Source: Hormiphora californensis (Eukaryota; Animalia; Ctenophora). Taken from it: DNA of 64,000 nucleotides. Shown one piece after another: positions 38,362 through 59,587 of the stretch. A model generated the notes under the pieces. It was not told where the DNA came from. It made no database searches and saw only the letters and a program-made list of their open reading frames with translations. The stretch's first letter is position 1. The number at the start of each line of letters is the position of its first letter. A program made the translations under genes and the position numbers. The stretch lies in assembly GCA_020137815.1 (NCBI GenBank), contig CM035354.1, positions 7,564,001-7,628,000 on the forward strand, written 5' to 3'.

Positions 38362-41300
38362 TCAAATTGTAGTCGTCCTATCAATAACAGCAGTCTTTTT
38401 CTCAATATCACTTGCATTTATCTGGCCACCATTTTCAGTGTTTTGTCCATTTTTATTTGGGTGGTTCACGTCCTCAACAGCGGGATGCTCGGTAGGTGTA
38501 ACGTTTGCGAGGGATTTGCAGCACGGTAGTTTCCCAAGAACGGCTGATATCACCCGATCCAGTGGTTTCAGAGATCTCATCCACTCGGGGAGGAAGTACC
38601 AGCTTTTCAGCATCGGTGGTAACCTGAATATAGGGGGGTGGGGGTCATAAATATAGTTTCTAGTCTCCAAAGTAGGACTCTGTATCTAAATATTCTTTCC
38701 CATTCTCTCAACCTCACCCTCCTTATTGACTTTGGCAAGTATCCTCCCTATTTCTCAACCTCACGCTCCTCAACCTACCAGTGTGGGGCGTGAGTCTGGA
38801 TCAGGGTTAGAGTGACAATGAAGAGGACAACCAGGAACACAAAGCCAACCACTGCCAGAAGTAGAGCTGTGGAAATGAGAGACAGGCCGAGAAGGGACAT
38901 GGGTAGGAGTAGGAAGACAAGAAGTAGGTACACAACGGCAAACCATCTGGGGGAAGAAGTTAGTAGATTAGAGTTCTCAGTTTTACCACTCGGCTCAATT
39001 TTAAGTATGAAAATAACATGATTCATGAAGTCATGGTATTTCACAAGGGTGGTCTGGTATGACTATTGACTAGCAACTTGAGAGCAACTTACCTATATTT
39101 AGCAGTGGTGGTTCCCAGGAATTTGGCACCGGCTAATGGTAGCCTCCTGGTAAAGGGAATAGGGAAGAACACTAGAATACCAAATATATTGAACAACAGA
39201 TGACACACCTGCGGAGAAGAAGGGAATTGTTAAATCAAAAGTAAAAATATGATATATTGAAGCTGCGAAATAGTAGTGCTACAAACAACTACAGATCAGA
39301 ATAACTGAAGTAGCAGAGCAGCTCGTCAAGTCTAACTTACCGCTATTTGTACTGCCTCTTGTCGTGAGGCTGGATCTGATGCCATGGCTGCCAACATTAG
39401 AGGTAGTTGTAGTACCGATATTACTGCCCAGAGTTAGGGGGTACATTCTCTCCAGACTTAATCACACCGATGCCCACCAGGGGTGTGAGGGTAGATGTAA
39501 AGACACTTGAGCTTTGTAGTAAGAATGTCATTACCGTTCCGATAACTAAGGAATATGTACCTGAAATGAAGGGAGGTATTTAGTGGTGGAATACCTTTTT
39601 AGAAAGAAAGAATTCTTTGCTTTCGGATATATTTGGCGAGCTCTACTGGACAATGTGAGTGACTTGAAGATTGGTGCTTTATCTTACCCAGTAAGTGGTT
39701 TGAATGGTCCCGGTAGATTACTGTTGATATTCTTCTTCAGTTTCCCCGCTACCTGAACCCATTAGGAGAGATTGGAGGATCTTAACGAGAACGGTCAGAC
39801 AGAGGATCAACATGACGAGACTGATGGCGAGGAGTAATAATCCGGTCAGGAACGTCACTCAGACCTGGTGGGAGGATGAGGAGGGTTATATACTGAATGT
39901 AACATACTCTCTGTCACTAGATCTTATTTTTGGGGATCACCACACGAATTATCTTAGTTGGACAGCACGAATCTGTAGATCAGTGTCCGTGTAGAATTCC
40001 TGCATGAATCTATGCAATGGCTTCATCTAATAATAGTATAGACTATAGCATATATATATATTCTACTATAATAGCACAAATGTGTATACAATTGCTGAGT
40101 CTATCGCATATTAGGGAATGCTCTAACGGGTATAATGGTTATCGCACTTTCAGGAAAGACTGTCCCAGTTTACAAAAGCCCCACAGCTTTCTCTCAAGGA
40201 GAGCACTCCACTTTGTTATCTCATCACACCGTTATCGCATTAAATACTCACAACCGGAAGCTTAAAATAGAGCCATCTCAGGTTATGTGACCAATATGTT
40301 TCAGTGACCGCGAGAATTGAGCATTTCAAATGAAGTACGTTTCCAGGAATAATAACATGAACTTTTGGAATAATATGACTGACTTTACCTCGGTTAGAAA
40401 AAAGGAATCTGCAGTCCACTAACACATCACTGTTCCTTGCATCAGTACAGATCTTCATAAGAGTCCTGTCATTCCACATATCACAGAGAGTCTTATTGTA
40501 GCCGTTCTCATTTTCTGCACAATGCTGTAAAACAGAGCTGAGTTAATACACAATATTTAGGGATCTTTTGGAGTTGGAATTTGTTTGGAGCTGATAAGTA
40601 AACTAATACTTTCTAAAGAACTTGATCCTATTCACCTACCGCGGACTACCTACTATTGCTATTTTGTCGAGGACAGTCTTGGTGTCCATCTGTATGATCA
40701 GTGTGGTGAATGGATCAGTCAGGACGGAGAAGAAATCAGGACTTTCCTCCGATGGCTCTGAGTCAATGCCGCTCACAATGACGTGACTGAGCCTCTCGAT
40801 AGGGTGGAATATCGCCTCCAGTGGCAGGAATATCGATACACACAACCAGTTGAAAACAATCGTGAACTAGAAACAAGGAGAGGGAGAGATGAATAATGTG
40901 GATTTGGTATAACAGTGTCTCACGGGAAAGATTATAAAGCATTCATTCCCGTGATACCACTAAAGCTTTTTCAATAGTCACTTGACTTGTTCACACTGGT
41001 TCTTCTCCATGGAATTCTTACCAGTTGCCCCTGCGAATGCCCGTCTGAATTGCTTTCTGTCCATGGACTGTCCCAGACTGACGATGGTATTGGTGACTGT
41101 TGTCCCAATATTGGCTCCCATTATCAGGTTTACAGCTGGTCGCATCTCAATAACTGGGAGATTGGGTTAGTTACTGAGTGGGAGGTTGTTGAATAAGGGG
41201 TGGAAGGAGAGGGAGATTATAGTTATTCGACCTTTCAACCTACAGCATAGAGAGTATCAATGAAAATCGCCAATAATAGATCCATTCATAGCCATTCTAA

Positions 41301-43026
41301 ACTCTCTAATCCCACTATACTTACTTCCTGCTGCCACCATGCTGACAATGATACTAGAGGATGTAGAAGAGCTTTGAACCAGCACCGTCACTATCACCCC
41401 CATCATCAGTCCTACTATCGGATTCTGCATTATCTCAGCCTGACTAAACGCCTGGGAAGTTGGGATGGAGTTACAAGTTGTAACTTACAAGTGGGAATCT
41501 CGGGAAGCCTGGGAGGGATGGAGTTACAAGTGGAAGTTTGGGTAGTCTATGGTAGGAGAAGGGGCAGGAATTCAATATCATTTGAAGAAAAGACGGAGTT
41601 TTGTAGCACTATGACGTCACTCGTGACGTAACAAAGATAAGCTGGTGGTAGTAAATTATGGGTGTCCTCAATTCTCAAATCTGGTTTTTCTAGACGTACA
41701 GGGTCTGGATAAATTAGGTTGGTACTGAGACTAGACAAGATAGCAGTCATGTACAAACCAAGAACCCCCTCCCTCCCCCGGGTGCAGTTCACTTCAGACT
41801 GTATTTTAATTACCTTGCCGGCTTTCTTTCCTCCGAGCAGCTGGAATGCATTTGAAAGAAAATCGAGGGAACAAACAAAAAAGTAGAGAGAGCACAAAGC
41901 CAACAGGATCCTCCCAACAATCCAAGCTATTGTCAAAGCTTTCTCTCCCTCTGTTTTCTCTGTCCAATGAACACACTCTTCCTCTTCCTCGATGTCCTGA
42001 GTGACATCCCAGAAATCTTCAGTTCCACCTCGCCGTTTCCTTGGTAACGATTCCTCTGCCATCCTCAGATAGCTGGACCTCCTTCTGCCCTGTTGGAATC
42101 CATCTGGAACACCTTCCTCAACCGTGGCCGGGTTCCTGAATAGAGAGAGAATGGGGTTAGTTGGAGTAACTAATAACATACAATACACTCGGTGTGCTAT
42201 AAGCTATTCTTGCCTAAAGGTGAGAGCCAGGGAGCTGTTCGTTCTCAGCATATTGGTTAAAACCCCTTCTGCTAAAGACGGTACAATACTGGGTGACGCG
42301 TGACGGACAATTGAACTGAGAAACAACCAGACGCCTTGGATAGTTCACTCATATCAAATATCAAGCAACAGGTTATGCGAACAGGCATGCCCTAAATCTT
42401 TAAACAGTTTACCAACAAACTTAGTTCAGTGGTCACTGCAGATTGCAGTACATTCTGCTATTGTCCCGATGGAAAAACGCAAAAATATAATACTCAAGTG
42501 ATGCAGAGAGATCGAACTGTACAATTAGGATTGAGGGATTCAGGGCGGTTCTCTCACACACCTACAATATTTAGGGGTCACATCTGTAATAACAGACGTG
42601 TGTGACAAAGATGATCACGTTTGAATATATCTAACAGGCCTATAGTTGGTCTTGCAGCTAACGCCAAACAGGCCCTGCAGAGTCGATCAGAGAAAAGGAG
42701 ACAACAATCTTAAGCCCAGTCATGGTCATTTGAATTCGAGCACTCTTCGCAGATTTAGGGACATGATATACCCATTGAATCATAATATGAAGGGGGTTGG
42801 TGCAAACATTCCACACCTCTCATTTCTCGATATAAATATGGTACCTACCTTGACAGGAGAGAATCTACAACAACAATTAGAAAGTGTATTGAAAGAAGCC
42901 CCACAAATACTTCACGAGTACAAAACATATCCAGACAAACTGACAAACCGCACATACAAAAGACAAAACATCTGATAATAATAATAATAATAAAAATCCC
43001 TACCTTATGAAAGTTCCATCCGTCAT
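38362..43026 (-). CDS. SLC34A: Type II Na+/phosphate cotransporter (SLC34A/NaPi-II family), about 11 exons, with several +1 indels
   Basis: [21 protein letters not shown], two QSSS signatures ([17 protein letters not shown]; [19 protein letters not shown]), [38 protein letters not shown] and [12 protein letters not shown]. First coding exon 43026-43004 is tentative. Confidence 0.93.
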
Positions 43027-44809
43027 TGCCTGGAATTCCTCTGGTACCAACTAGTTGCTACTGAGCTATCTGGGTTGAAAGGGACAGGTAGTAGGTACTG
43101 GATAGTACTTTATCAGGGAACGAGCAAACTGAAGATGGAGAATGGCGAATGCCAACCAACAATAAAATATGGCAATCAAGTCCTGGTGGGTACGCGTTAT
43201 CTTTATCGCCCACTGTCTCCGTTTCTCCCCTCCCTGTCCTCCCCCTCCCTCTCTGTTGCCCTCCCCTCCCTCTCTGTTGTCCTCCCCTCTCCCTCTCCGT
43301 CTCTCTCCCTCTCGTCCATCTCTCTCCTTCTCCCTCTCTTTCCTCTCTCTCCGTCGCCCTCCCCCTCCTTGTTTCGTCAGTACACTGAGTGCTTATCACC
43401 TAATCACCTCATTCTCTCTCAAATCCGATTATTCAAGGAAACCAAGGTGGCTCCTGCATCTCCAACCCTCCCTCCTTTACCGAACCTCCCCAATTCATGG
43501 CGATAACGGGACATTGAATAATATTATTAATTAAGAAATGGCACATTATCGGGAGAAAGTAAGTGTGATAAAGTGTTAGAATTGCAGAAATAGGTGAAAT
43601 CTATGGGTTTCTGGGGAATCTTGCACCACGCACGTCGCCAAATCTTGCAGCGACATATCCGCCCGCCCCTGCTAAGACCAGGACTCTCATTATCATTGTT
43701 AACAATCATTGAGTAAGGTCAGGTCTATTAGGCCAATGCTCTAACCACAGTTCTCGCGCTTTGAAAGAAATGAGAATTATATAGGCTCAGGCCAATGCTC
43801 TGACAGGATCAAGTCATCATGAAGAAATCTAGCGTATTTGGAACGAGATGAACTTCAAAACAATACGACGCATAGTTCTTAGATTAGATGAAAAATAGTG
43901 ATCGTTGAGTCGCTACTGTTGAAATATATGGAGGAGAGAGAGAGGGAGGAGAGAGAGAGGGGAGGGAAAGAGAGAAAGAGGGAGAGAGAAAGATAGAGAG
44001 GTGAAGAGAATCTCGTTCCCGGTTCCAAGGTCATTACTCGAAATCGGGTTAATCTACGACTCGCACACACCATATGGCCCTGAATTTCAACCATAACATC
44101 ATTCAACACAAACAGTACTGAAAAAAGAACAGAAAATGTGACTGATGGAGGGATCAGGGTGGCAGCAGACAACAGATCGAGTTTGTCGATCAAATGAAGA
44201 AAATGAAACGTGAGATGAAAACTGGGTAGCTGACTTGAAATGAGCTTTCGTGAGGTGCAATTCGTATTAACTATTGTAGCTTTCGGGAATATTGCTATGA
44301 GTCCATGGCCAATACCCAATTTTACGGTCGTGAGTCAGAAATCTCGTTCCCGATCTCACCAGATCATTTTGCATCCGTCACACTTTGGGAGTCTGGTGAC
44401 GTAGACCTTGCGCGCGGCGCGTCTAATTAAGGCAATCACACAATTGTCAGTTGACAAAGTACAATCAAGAAATACACTGTGTACTATTTTACACACAACA
44501 ACTGCAACTCAAGTCATGCCACTGCTACAGCAGCTAAATTGGGGGTGTACTGTGCATTTGGTGATCGATGACCTGTCCGACCGGTTTATCACTTTTGTGT
44601 AGGTTCATATTTGGCATTGCACATGTTGACCTTGCCATCACCTCTCTCTTTCTATCAGAGAAAGTGCATCTCTCTTTCTCTCCCTCTCGGGACGCGCCCT
44701 TAGTACAAGTGTGCAGTGTGCCGACTTCTCAGAAAACCACTTTTCAACCAACCATGGTATGCAAGACGACAAGCAGTTTAAGCAAACAAATTCAGGATGT
44801 CGTGTATCA

Positions 44810-46149
44810 CACGGCGTGCCTGGTGAAACTTTAACACGACCTAGCATGCTACGGGAAACCACCACTTGTACGTGGTAGCTGAGGGTCTACAGAATGGCGC
44901 TACGGTGCGGGAAAAAAAATTCCATTGCCTAAAATCATTTTTTTTTACTTTTATTTGATTTGGGTCAAAATTGGCTATATTAAACGTGGTCCCGAAAAAT
45001 CCATAATGACTTAGCACACGAAATATGTCACCCCCACCTATTTTTGCACGTAGAATCGATTGCCGTTGAAGTCGAATCTCTAAAATGACTGTAAATTGGT
45101 CAAAAGTTGATTTTTTACCATTTTTGGAGGTTTTTGGCCCCTAAACCATTGAAAACGTTGAGATAGGAATTTGAAACTAGTGCCAATCGTTAAAATGGTC
45201 ATTTTTCTACCAAGAACCAAGTTTTCGTGTATATCCGATTTATGGTTAGATTTGGGCAAATTGTTGAAATCTGCCAACTAGGAGAACCGTAGCTTGATTT
45301 TTTCCTTTTTTATATTTTGGCATTTTTGACAAACTTCTGATTGAAATGGCCAGTCGGGACCATGCTTAAGTTGTTTATGGGACAATTTTCGACTAAAATC
45401 CAAGATTTCATACCAATCCAATAACAGATCGTTGATTTGTAGAAAATTTAAGTAGGCAAAACGGTCAAAATAAGCAAGAAAAGTTGTTATTTTGACCGTT
45501 TTGCCTACTTAAATTTTCTACAAATCAACGATCTGTTATTGGATTGGTATGAAATCTTGGATTTTAGTCGAAAATTGTCCCATAAACAACTTAAGCATGG
45601 TCCCGACTGGCCATTTCAATCAGAAGTTTGTCAAAAATGCCAAAATATAAAAAAGGAAAAAATCAAGCTACGGTTCTCCTAGTTGGCAGATTTCAACAAT
45701 TTGCCCAAATCTAACCATAAATCGGATATACACGAAAACTTGGTTCTTGGTAGAAAAATGACCATTTTAACGATTGGCACTAGTTTCAAATTCCTATCTT
45801 AACGTTTTCAATGGTTTAGGGGCCAAAAACCTCCAAAAAATGGTAAAAAATCAACTTTTGACCAATTTACAGTCATTTTAGAGATTCGACTTCAACGGCA
45901 ATCGATTCTACGTGCAAAAATAGGTGGGGGTGACATATTTCGTGTGCTAAGTCATTATGGATTTTTCGGGACCACGTTTAATATAGCCAATTTTGACCCA
46001 AATCAAATAAAAGTAAAAAAAATGATTTTAGGCAATGGAATTTTTTTCCCGCACCGTAGCGCCATTCTGTAGACCCTCAGCTACCACGTACAAGTGGTGG
46101 TTTCCCGTAGCATGCTAGGTCGTGTTAAAGTTTCACCAGGCACGCCGTG
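44810..46149. mobile_element. 1.34-kb foldback non-autonomous DNA transposon with CACGG/CCGTG termini and 4-bp TSD (Chapaev/CMC-like)
   Basis: Arms 44810-45473 and 45487-46149 are near-identical reverse complements with a 13-nt spacer; ATCA duplicated at 44806-44809 and 46150-46153. Confidence 0.85.
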
Positions 46150-46476
46150 ATCACACTCACATTATAACGGTATACAGATAAAACACTTGTAAAACTTTAA
46201 GTTCAATGAATCTATAATATCAGCTACGCTAGGTTTTGTAAAATTCCATCGGTTATTTTTTGATAGCTCACTAAAATTCACTACGCTATACTCATTGTTC
46301 AATAATTGTCCTAATAAATCCTAGATCTCTTCCTTGTTTTTTGTTGTGTTTTATACAGGTGGAGGAGACGGTACAAAATTAAAATCGCTAGGCACAGTGC
46401 CCTAAATAACAAGAATATCACGAAGCACAGTCTCTCTCTCTTTAAAATCTAGAATGTCTCTCTTGTTGGATGCACG

Positions 46477-54771
<8,295 letters not shown>

Positions 54772-55163
54772 CGCTATATCAGGGGAGGGAGGTTAGGGAT
54801 GAAATATCGCCATACAGCAGGGGAGGGATGAAACAAAGAGGTTTGGACCTGCATTCATTGGGACAAGAACTATATGATGGAGAGTTGGGGAGGTGGGGAG
54901 GGAATTAATAGAGTCATCTGGCGTCTGCAGGCCGCTGCAGTCGTGTGAGTGGTAACTCAACATTTCAACAACCAGTGGGAAAATTGTATGAAGCAGTTCC
55001 AATTAGTATGGTAGCTATGGAGAGATGGAAGCAGAGAGAGATAAAGCAGAGGCGTTTAAATTGGATAAGAGTTCTGTACATTCATATCTGACTAATTAGC
55101 GATGTAAAGAGACATGTGTATAACGACATGCAATAAATTAGATTCGCACTATCTCTCTCTCTT

Positions 55164-55229
<66 letters not shown>

Positions 55230-55334
55230 CTCCCTCTCACTCTGTACATTTATATACACAATATGTACACAACATTAACGCGTTATAACGATGCATGCTG
55301 GTCAACAGCACTGCACTACATTCAGACACTGACA

Positions 55335-56809
55335 CTATTTAACGGAATTCGTATGGCTCCGCATCATGTTCTTCAAATTCTCCTCCCTATCATTGAAACC
55401 TCCCAGCCGGGTATTAGTTGGGTAGGGAGGGTGAGGCATGCCTTCCATGGCTAGTTCCTCGCCATAAACAGGGCCATCGTTCCACATGAGATCAAACCCA
55501 CCCACCCTCTTCTCTTTCCCTGTTAGTTTCCCCTCCATGTCTATAACCGTCAACACATCGTGTAGCAGTTTGAATTTCAGATCATAATCCTGTTGATTTG
55601 ACGCGGTTAGGGAGGGAGAAGCGTTGATTTCCAGCAGCCACGGTTTCAGAGTCTCATCAATGAGAATGTCATACCCGTACAACTCGAAACAATGTTTATC
55701 ATTTATCATTATCTTCTGGGTGCTTTGTAGACTCTTTATAAAGATATCATCCATGGCCCGGAATAGGGTCTCTACCGCCTCTGGACCGTGTTTCGTCATC
55801 AAATACATCCGGAGTTGTATGAGCGACCATTTGCACCCCTTCTCAGGATCATAATCAGGAGCTGTCTTCTGAATTGCCACGTTGGTAAGATGGACATAGG
55901 TATCCTCAATAGCGTCCGTAGAATATCGACTATTAGACATTCGACCAAACCCACTTCTGTATAACCATACTTTTAGGGGTATGTAGGACGTTACTAGCAC
56001 ATAACAACGGATATCAAACTTCCTGCCGCCAATTAGATAAGGGTTGTCGATATATTTCTGGACCACGTAGTTCTCTACTGGTTCCCGATCGTCCCTAGTC
56101 CCATCAACCTTCCAGCTATCTTCCTTCTTCCACTCCATAATGTCCTTGAGTTTCCTAAACAGGAAGATTCCCTTGCCCTGGGATTTTGCGATGGGCTTCA
56201 TAATCCACGTAGAGTTCGGACATCGCTTGAATTCCTCTACAAAGATGTGATAGTCGGAGGGGAGCTCAAATGTTGTTGGGAAGAAATCACACTTAGCAGC
56301 TTCAATCTTCCCACTCTCCCGCTCGATAAACTTTCGGAGACGTTTCAAGTTTTTGGCCATAAGATTCTTCCGTGTCAGCTCGTAGTGGTTTCGAAAGTGA
56401 TTTAACCTCATGTGTTCCTCCATGTAACAATGATCAAACACTTCCCTCATCCAGCCCACATCGGCCCAGTAGAAATCCCAGTCACCTGGCGAGGGGAGGA
56501 CAATTAGCTACTGAATATACTAGATAGAGAGGGAGGGAATGAGATAGGAAAATTGAGGCTTGAGCAAGGTATTTAAAAGAACCATCATGGGGGGCAAAAC
56601 TCGGTAACTTTTAAATCTTCACGGCCATGTATCAAGCAAGATGGTTGTGCAGTAAGCTGGCTGATTGCCAGTTGGAACATACCTGATTCTTCTTTCACTT
56701 CTTGCCATCCCCGTGAGCGTAGCACGTCTGCGATTGTGTTCTGGAGGCTACACTTGAATCGAATAACTTTACTTTCGTTTCGGGCACCGCGGTTTCTGTT
56801 TGTATACAT
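55335..56809 (-). CDS. TTLL9: Probable tubulin polyglutamylase TTLL9, 2 exons, about 425 aa
   Basis: Exons 56809-56683 and 56485-55335. Motifs [87 protein letters not shown] and [16 protein letters not shown]. Confidence 0.95.
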
Positions 56810-57307
56810 CTATAATACATAGGATCAGAAGGTTATACACTACAAATGAGCAGTTGTAATGGATATTTTCTATTGAATAATGGATGGTAGAGTGATGAAT
56901 AATTATATTGATAGACTCTTAGTGTTAGTAGTTGAATTAACATGATTGAAGATGTGTAACTCATGGGCATTTCAAAACTCTCAGGCGATTTTACATAAAG
57001 TTGGACAGTGAATACAATTATGCCACCTGGTGTCACAGAGCCAGATGACCACGTACGCAGCTTCATTTCAAAACTTTGGATTCGGCAACTTTCACTTTTT
57101 ATAGTGCTACAGATTTTGCAACCACTAAACTCCGTTAAAATGACAACTTTTATTGGAATGATAGCTTAGGTCAATTCAAATCATCCCTGGGCAATTACCT
57201 GACAGGCTTTCATGACCGTCCCCCTGCCAGAGGCTATCACTCACTTCCCAATGATATTTCCCCTCAATGTGCTGTTGATGTCTGCTGATTGGCTGAGAGG
57301 TGATATA

Positions 57308-57455
57308 CTCCATTTTGTTCAACTGTTCACCCCCCAAAGTCGCGCACGGAATTGTTTTGCGTGTCTATCACATGTTAACGTGTAGTGTGCACCACGAAAA
57401 TTCCAAATTTCACTGAAATTTCAATTTTGGGGGTACAGTTGAAAAAAATGGACTT
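57308..57455. mobile_element. MITE family B copy
   Basis: Same TIR and core as 4473-4614; TA flanks. Confidence 0.75.
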
Positions 57456-58678
57456 TACGTGTTTAATTTATTTAGGTGGACCCACTAAGGGAAGGCCTGT
57501 TGTGTACACTAAAACTTTTATTGAAAACTTGTAAACTTGTAAACTTGATTGTTTTAAAAAAAACTTTCTGATATTGGGCTCCAAAATGGCGCTTAACTGA
57601 ATCAATGGGACATACCTCTAGATATTTATAAATTATAGCCTAAAGACTGAACACGGTGCACCAGAAGGATCGTCAACCTAAGGTTGAGCCCACAAAACAA
57701 ACTTCTCTTGGTGCGACCCAGGAGGCTCTCCCGAATCACTCTACGGTGCGGAAAAACTGGTTTTTGAATTTTGGTCAAAATCTGTGCATAAGCCTGGACA
57801 GCGCTGGACCCAAAATTTTTTTCGTGAATGAACGCCGCGCACCGCCCCTGATAAGCCATAAATTACATGACTGTCGTCTGTCGAAAAGAACAGGATCCAC
57901 GTTTCAGGAAGAAAAAAAAACAAACAAAAAGTGGGAAAATGACGGGTGCCGTTACGATCTGGGTGTTTGGTGGCCTGTTTACAGGTGTGCGCTTCCAAAA
58001 AAAGTTGATTCACTAAAGTCCGTTTCAAGCGACTTGACCCGTAATTCTTGGAATTTGGCGCATTGCGCGTGTATTTACAAAGGGGAAATCCTGAATTTCC
58101 AGGAATCTCAGGTCAAGTCCCGGTCAAGTCGTTTGAAACGCACTTTAAAATGGCTCTAAACGCCAAACCACTCAACCGTTTTGGCTAATTCAAAGTTAAC
58201 CTGGTAAGAAATGTCCACGACTAAACCTAACCCTAATCCGAACCCTAACCCTAACCCTACTTCAGCCCTAACCCTAAAAACCGTTTTGTCAGCACTCACC
58301 AAACACCTTGGCAAACGCCGCTGGCCCCCGATAAGTTATCTTCGACCCAGCCGGGATCAGGCCAAACGCGCGCGCGGCATTCCCTCCAGTCCCCTCGTTG
58401 CGGGGGTGCGCGCATGAGGGGGCTGCAGCGCATTCCAACTAAACACCCAGATTTTAACGCTGGCCGAAAATGACACGATTTTTGTTGAATAATTGGGAAA
58501 ATGAAATTTATAACGCGCGCCGCGCGTTAGCTAAAGCCGCGGCAGCGCTTGCCACCCATATTGGCCGCTTACATTTTCTGCTGCGCTTGATTCGCGTGAA
58601 ACAACGCCGCGCTTGGCACACCCGCGCGCCGGATACTTTTAAAAACAAGTTTTTATTTTATTTGTTTTGTTCCCCTAA

Positions 58679-58980
58679 AGTCGGATTTTTTGAAGTTGTC
58701 ACCCCCCTTCTCGTGCGCGGAATGTTTTTGCGCGTCACATCACATGTTAACGTGTGGTGTGCGCGGCAAAATTGATAAATTTCACACGCGCGGTCATTTT
58801 GGGGTGACAACTTCAAAAAATCCGACTTTAAAGTCCATTTTTTTTCAACTGTTCACCCAAAAACTGAAATTTGATAAAAATTAAAATTTGGGTGGCGCGC
58901 GCTACACGTTAACATGTGATAAACGCGCAAAACAATTCCGCGCACGACTTTGGGGGGTGAACAGTTGAAAAAAAATGGAG
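58679..58980. mobile_element. MITE family A (58679-58828) abutting MITE family B (58831-58980), sharing one TA
   Basis: Junction ...TCCGACTT-TA-AAGTCCATTT...; both carry the ATCACATGTTAACGTGT core. Confidence 0.8.
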
Positions 58981-58983
58981 TAT

Positions 58984-59431
58984 AGGGATCCCTAAAAAAG
59001 TTCAGTATTTACACAGCGTTTACAGTCCATTTTTTTTCAACTGTTCACCCCCCAAAGTCGTGCGCGGAATTGTTTTGCGCGTTTATCACATGTTAACGTA
59101 TAGCGCGCGCCACCCAAATTCTAATTTTTATTAAATTTCAGTTTTTGGGTGAACAGTTGAAAAAAAATGGACTTTACACAGTCTTTACACAGTCGTTACA
59201 CCCAGAGCGCCCGCGCCGCTCTGGGTGTAAAGACTGCGTCATTCGCACTCGATTTGCAGCGTTTTCGGAAACTTTTTTCGCCGCAGCGCTCAATTTACTC
59301 AATTGTGCAGCACACAATCCAATATTTTCTTAGAAAAAGCTGCAAAACGCAGCACGCGCCGCTCTGGGTGTAACGACTGTGTAAAGACTGTGTAAACGCT
59401 GTGTAAATACTGAACTTTTTTAGGGATCCCT
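58984..59431. mobile_element. TIR element (AGGGATCCCTAAAAAAGTTCAG ends) with a family B MITE (59023-59174) inserted in its left TIR
   Basis: The right arm gives the empty site GCGTT-TA-CACAG; the left arm has TA duplicated at 59021-59022 and 59175-59176. Confidence 0.85.
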
Positions 59432-59587
59432 CTTGATTCACACCTCACCGCTTTTTCGGTTTGTCGTTTCTGTTTTGCCGTTTCTGGGGTAGGCCGTAGG
59501 GGTGCTTCATAATCCCTGGTTACTATTTGCTGCAACAAGACGTGTTGTGTATATATTAATGAATTACTAACCTCATATTGCCTAGAA

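Noticed and set aside
38362-43026. SLC34 (also TOMM40 and CLCC1-like) as pseudogenes or programmed frameshift cases
   Set aside because: Lesions are all single-base insertions with motifs otherwise intact, and TOMM40 is essential; assembly error is simpler
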